NCBI GenBank assembly: GCA_951804945.1
Contig: OX638154.1
Span: 47,244,001-47,308,000 of the forward strand
Reading direction: 5' to 3'
DNA: 64,000 nt
Origin: Podarcis cretensis
Taxonomy: Eukaryota
Below are positions 63,051-64,000 of this stretch, one piece after another. The position numbers and the translations under genes are program-made. Every line of letters starts with the position of its first letter. The stretch's first letter is position 1. The notes beneath the pieces were generated by a model that was not told the origin of the DNA, ran no database searches, and saw only the letters and a program-made list of their open reading frames with translations.

Positions 63051-63418
63051 CAGTGGTGCCCCGCAAGACGAACACCTCACAAGACGGAAAACCCGCTAGA
63101 CGAAAGGGTTTTCCGTTTTGGAGGCGCTTCGCAAAACGAATTTCCCTATGGGCTTGCTTCGCAAGACGAAAATGTCTTCCGAGTTCCTGCAGGTTTTTTC
63201 CCCTTCCCCCCCCCCCTTTTTCTAAGCAGCTAAGCCACTTATCAGCTGATCCGCTAAGCTGATAAGCCGCTAAAAGCCGCTAAAAGCCGCTAAAAGCCGC
63301 TAAACCGCTAATAGCGCTAATCCGCTAAGCTGTCAATGGGCTTGCTTCGCAAGGCGAAAAAACCGCTATACGAAGAGACTCACGGAACGGATTAATTTCG
63401 TCTTGCGAGGCACCACTG
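63051..63418. mobile_element. Young Tc1/mariner(Tigger)-type MITE
   Basis: TA|cagtggtgccccgcaagacgaa ... ttcgtcttgcgaggcaccactg|TA: 22-bp inverted termini with 1 mismatch; CpG-rich. Confidence 0.92.
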
Positions 63419-64000
63419 TATTGCCTCAGCACTGGTGACAGGATAGCACCCTCCACCACATCTGAGGGCAGTATGCTAGCTTAGGTGGTAGAAGGCAGGC
63501 AATATGATGCACACAACTCTACCCCTTCAGCATCCCATTACCACAGCCCGACATTCAACATCTGCCAACTGAAGCACTTGTCACTCTGCCTATTGGCAGG
63601 GGTGGCCCTGATAGGCACGCTCAGTTAAATGTCCCTTGGGGAGACTTGGCTGGGTTCTCTCTTGCTCATATTTGGGGCTGTGAAGTAATTTTCACTTAGG
63701 TCAGATTAGCAGTGACCCTGTCTAAATGGCAACTTAATTCCTTCCAGCACAAGGACTCTTATCACCTGTCCACTTTCTCCTGCTGATATTGCTCAGGGGT
63801 AGGAAATTTTGCTGTCACCTGCTTATAAAGGGATCTTAGTTGATTAAATGTATGGCTTTGAGATGATCGTAACTGCATACGTTTTCAGTTGTTTCTGCAC
63901 CATATTTCTGAAGCAAGAAGCACACCTTCTGTATTTTGAAATAATTCCCATGTGTCAAATGCAAGCTTGTCTTAGCAGCCACCATATCAGAACAGACATC

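Noticed and set aside
63270-63310. Regular short repeats, considered as a CRISPR-like array
   Set aside because: Tandem units without spacers inside a eukaryotic MITE; no cas genes.

Overview
Eukaryotic, repeat-rich, essentially non-genic (intronic or intergenic) DNA from a squamate reptile, most likely a lacertid-type lizard. This is inferred from Sauria SINEs, a (CTT)n-tailed tRNA SINE, Bov-B, CR1, L2, L1 and Penelope remnants. I could not identify a host protein-coding gene; the best host candidate is a 21-nt microexon on the minus strand at 62343-62363. The main structure is a young 3.6-kb Ty1/Copia element (41634-45209). It has 397-bp LTRs differing at 2 positions, an ACTAC target-site duplication (TSD) and a half-tRNAiMet-type primer site. 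It retains gag, protease and integrase remnants but lacks RT/RNaseH. The most intriguing pattern is a set of sequence-unrelated solo LTRs (19873-20215, 26168-26992, 50220-50647, 58279-58912). Each carries a reading frame opening at nucleotide 2 of the LTR (T|GTN). Three of them encode an acidic/Ser/Pro-rich tract followed by an Arg-rich motif, one reading RRSARLQA, like the HMGN nucleosome anchor. This suggests U3-encoded Pol/integrase tails. Repeat family names come from recalled consensus features, not database searches.
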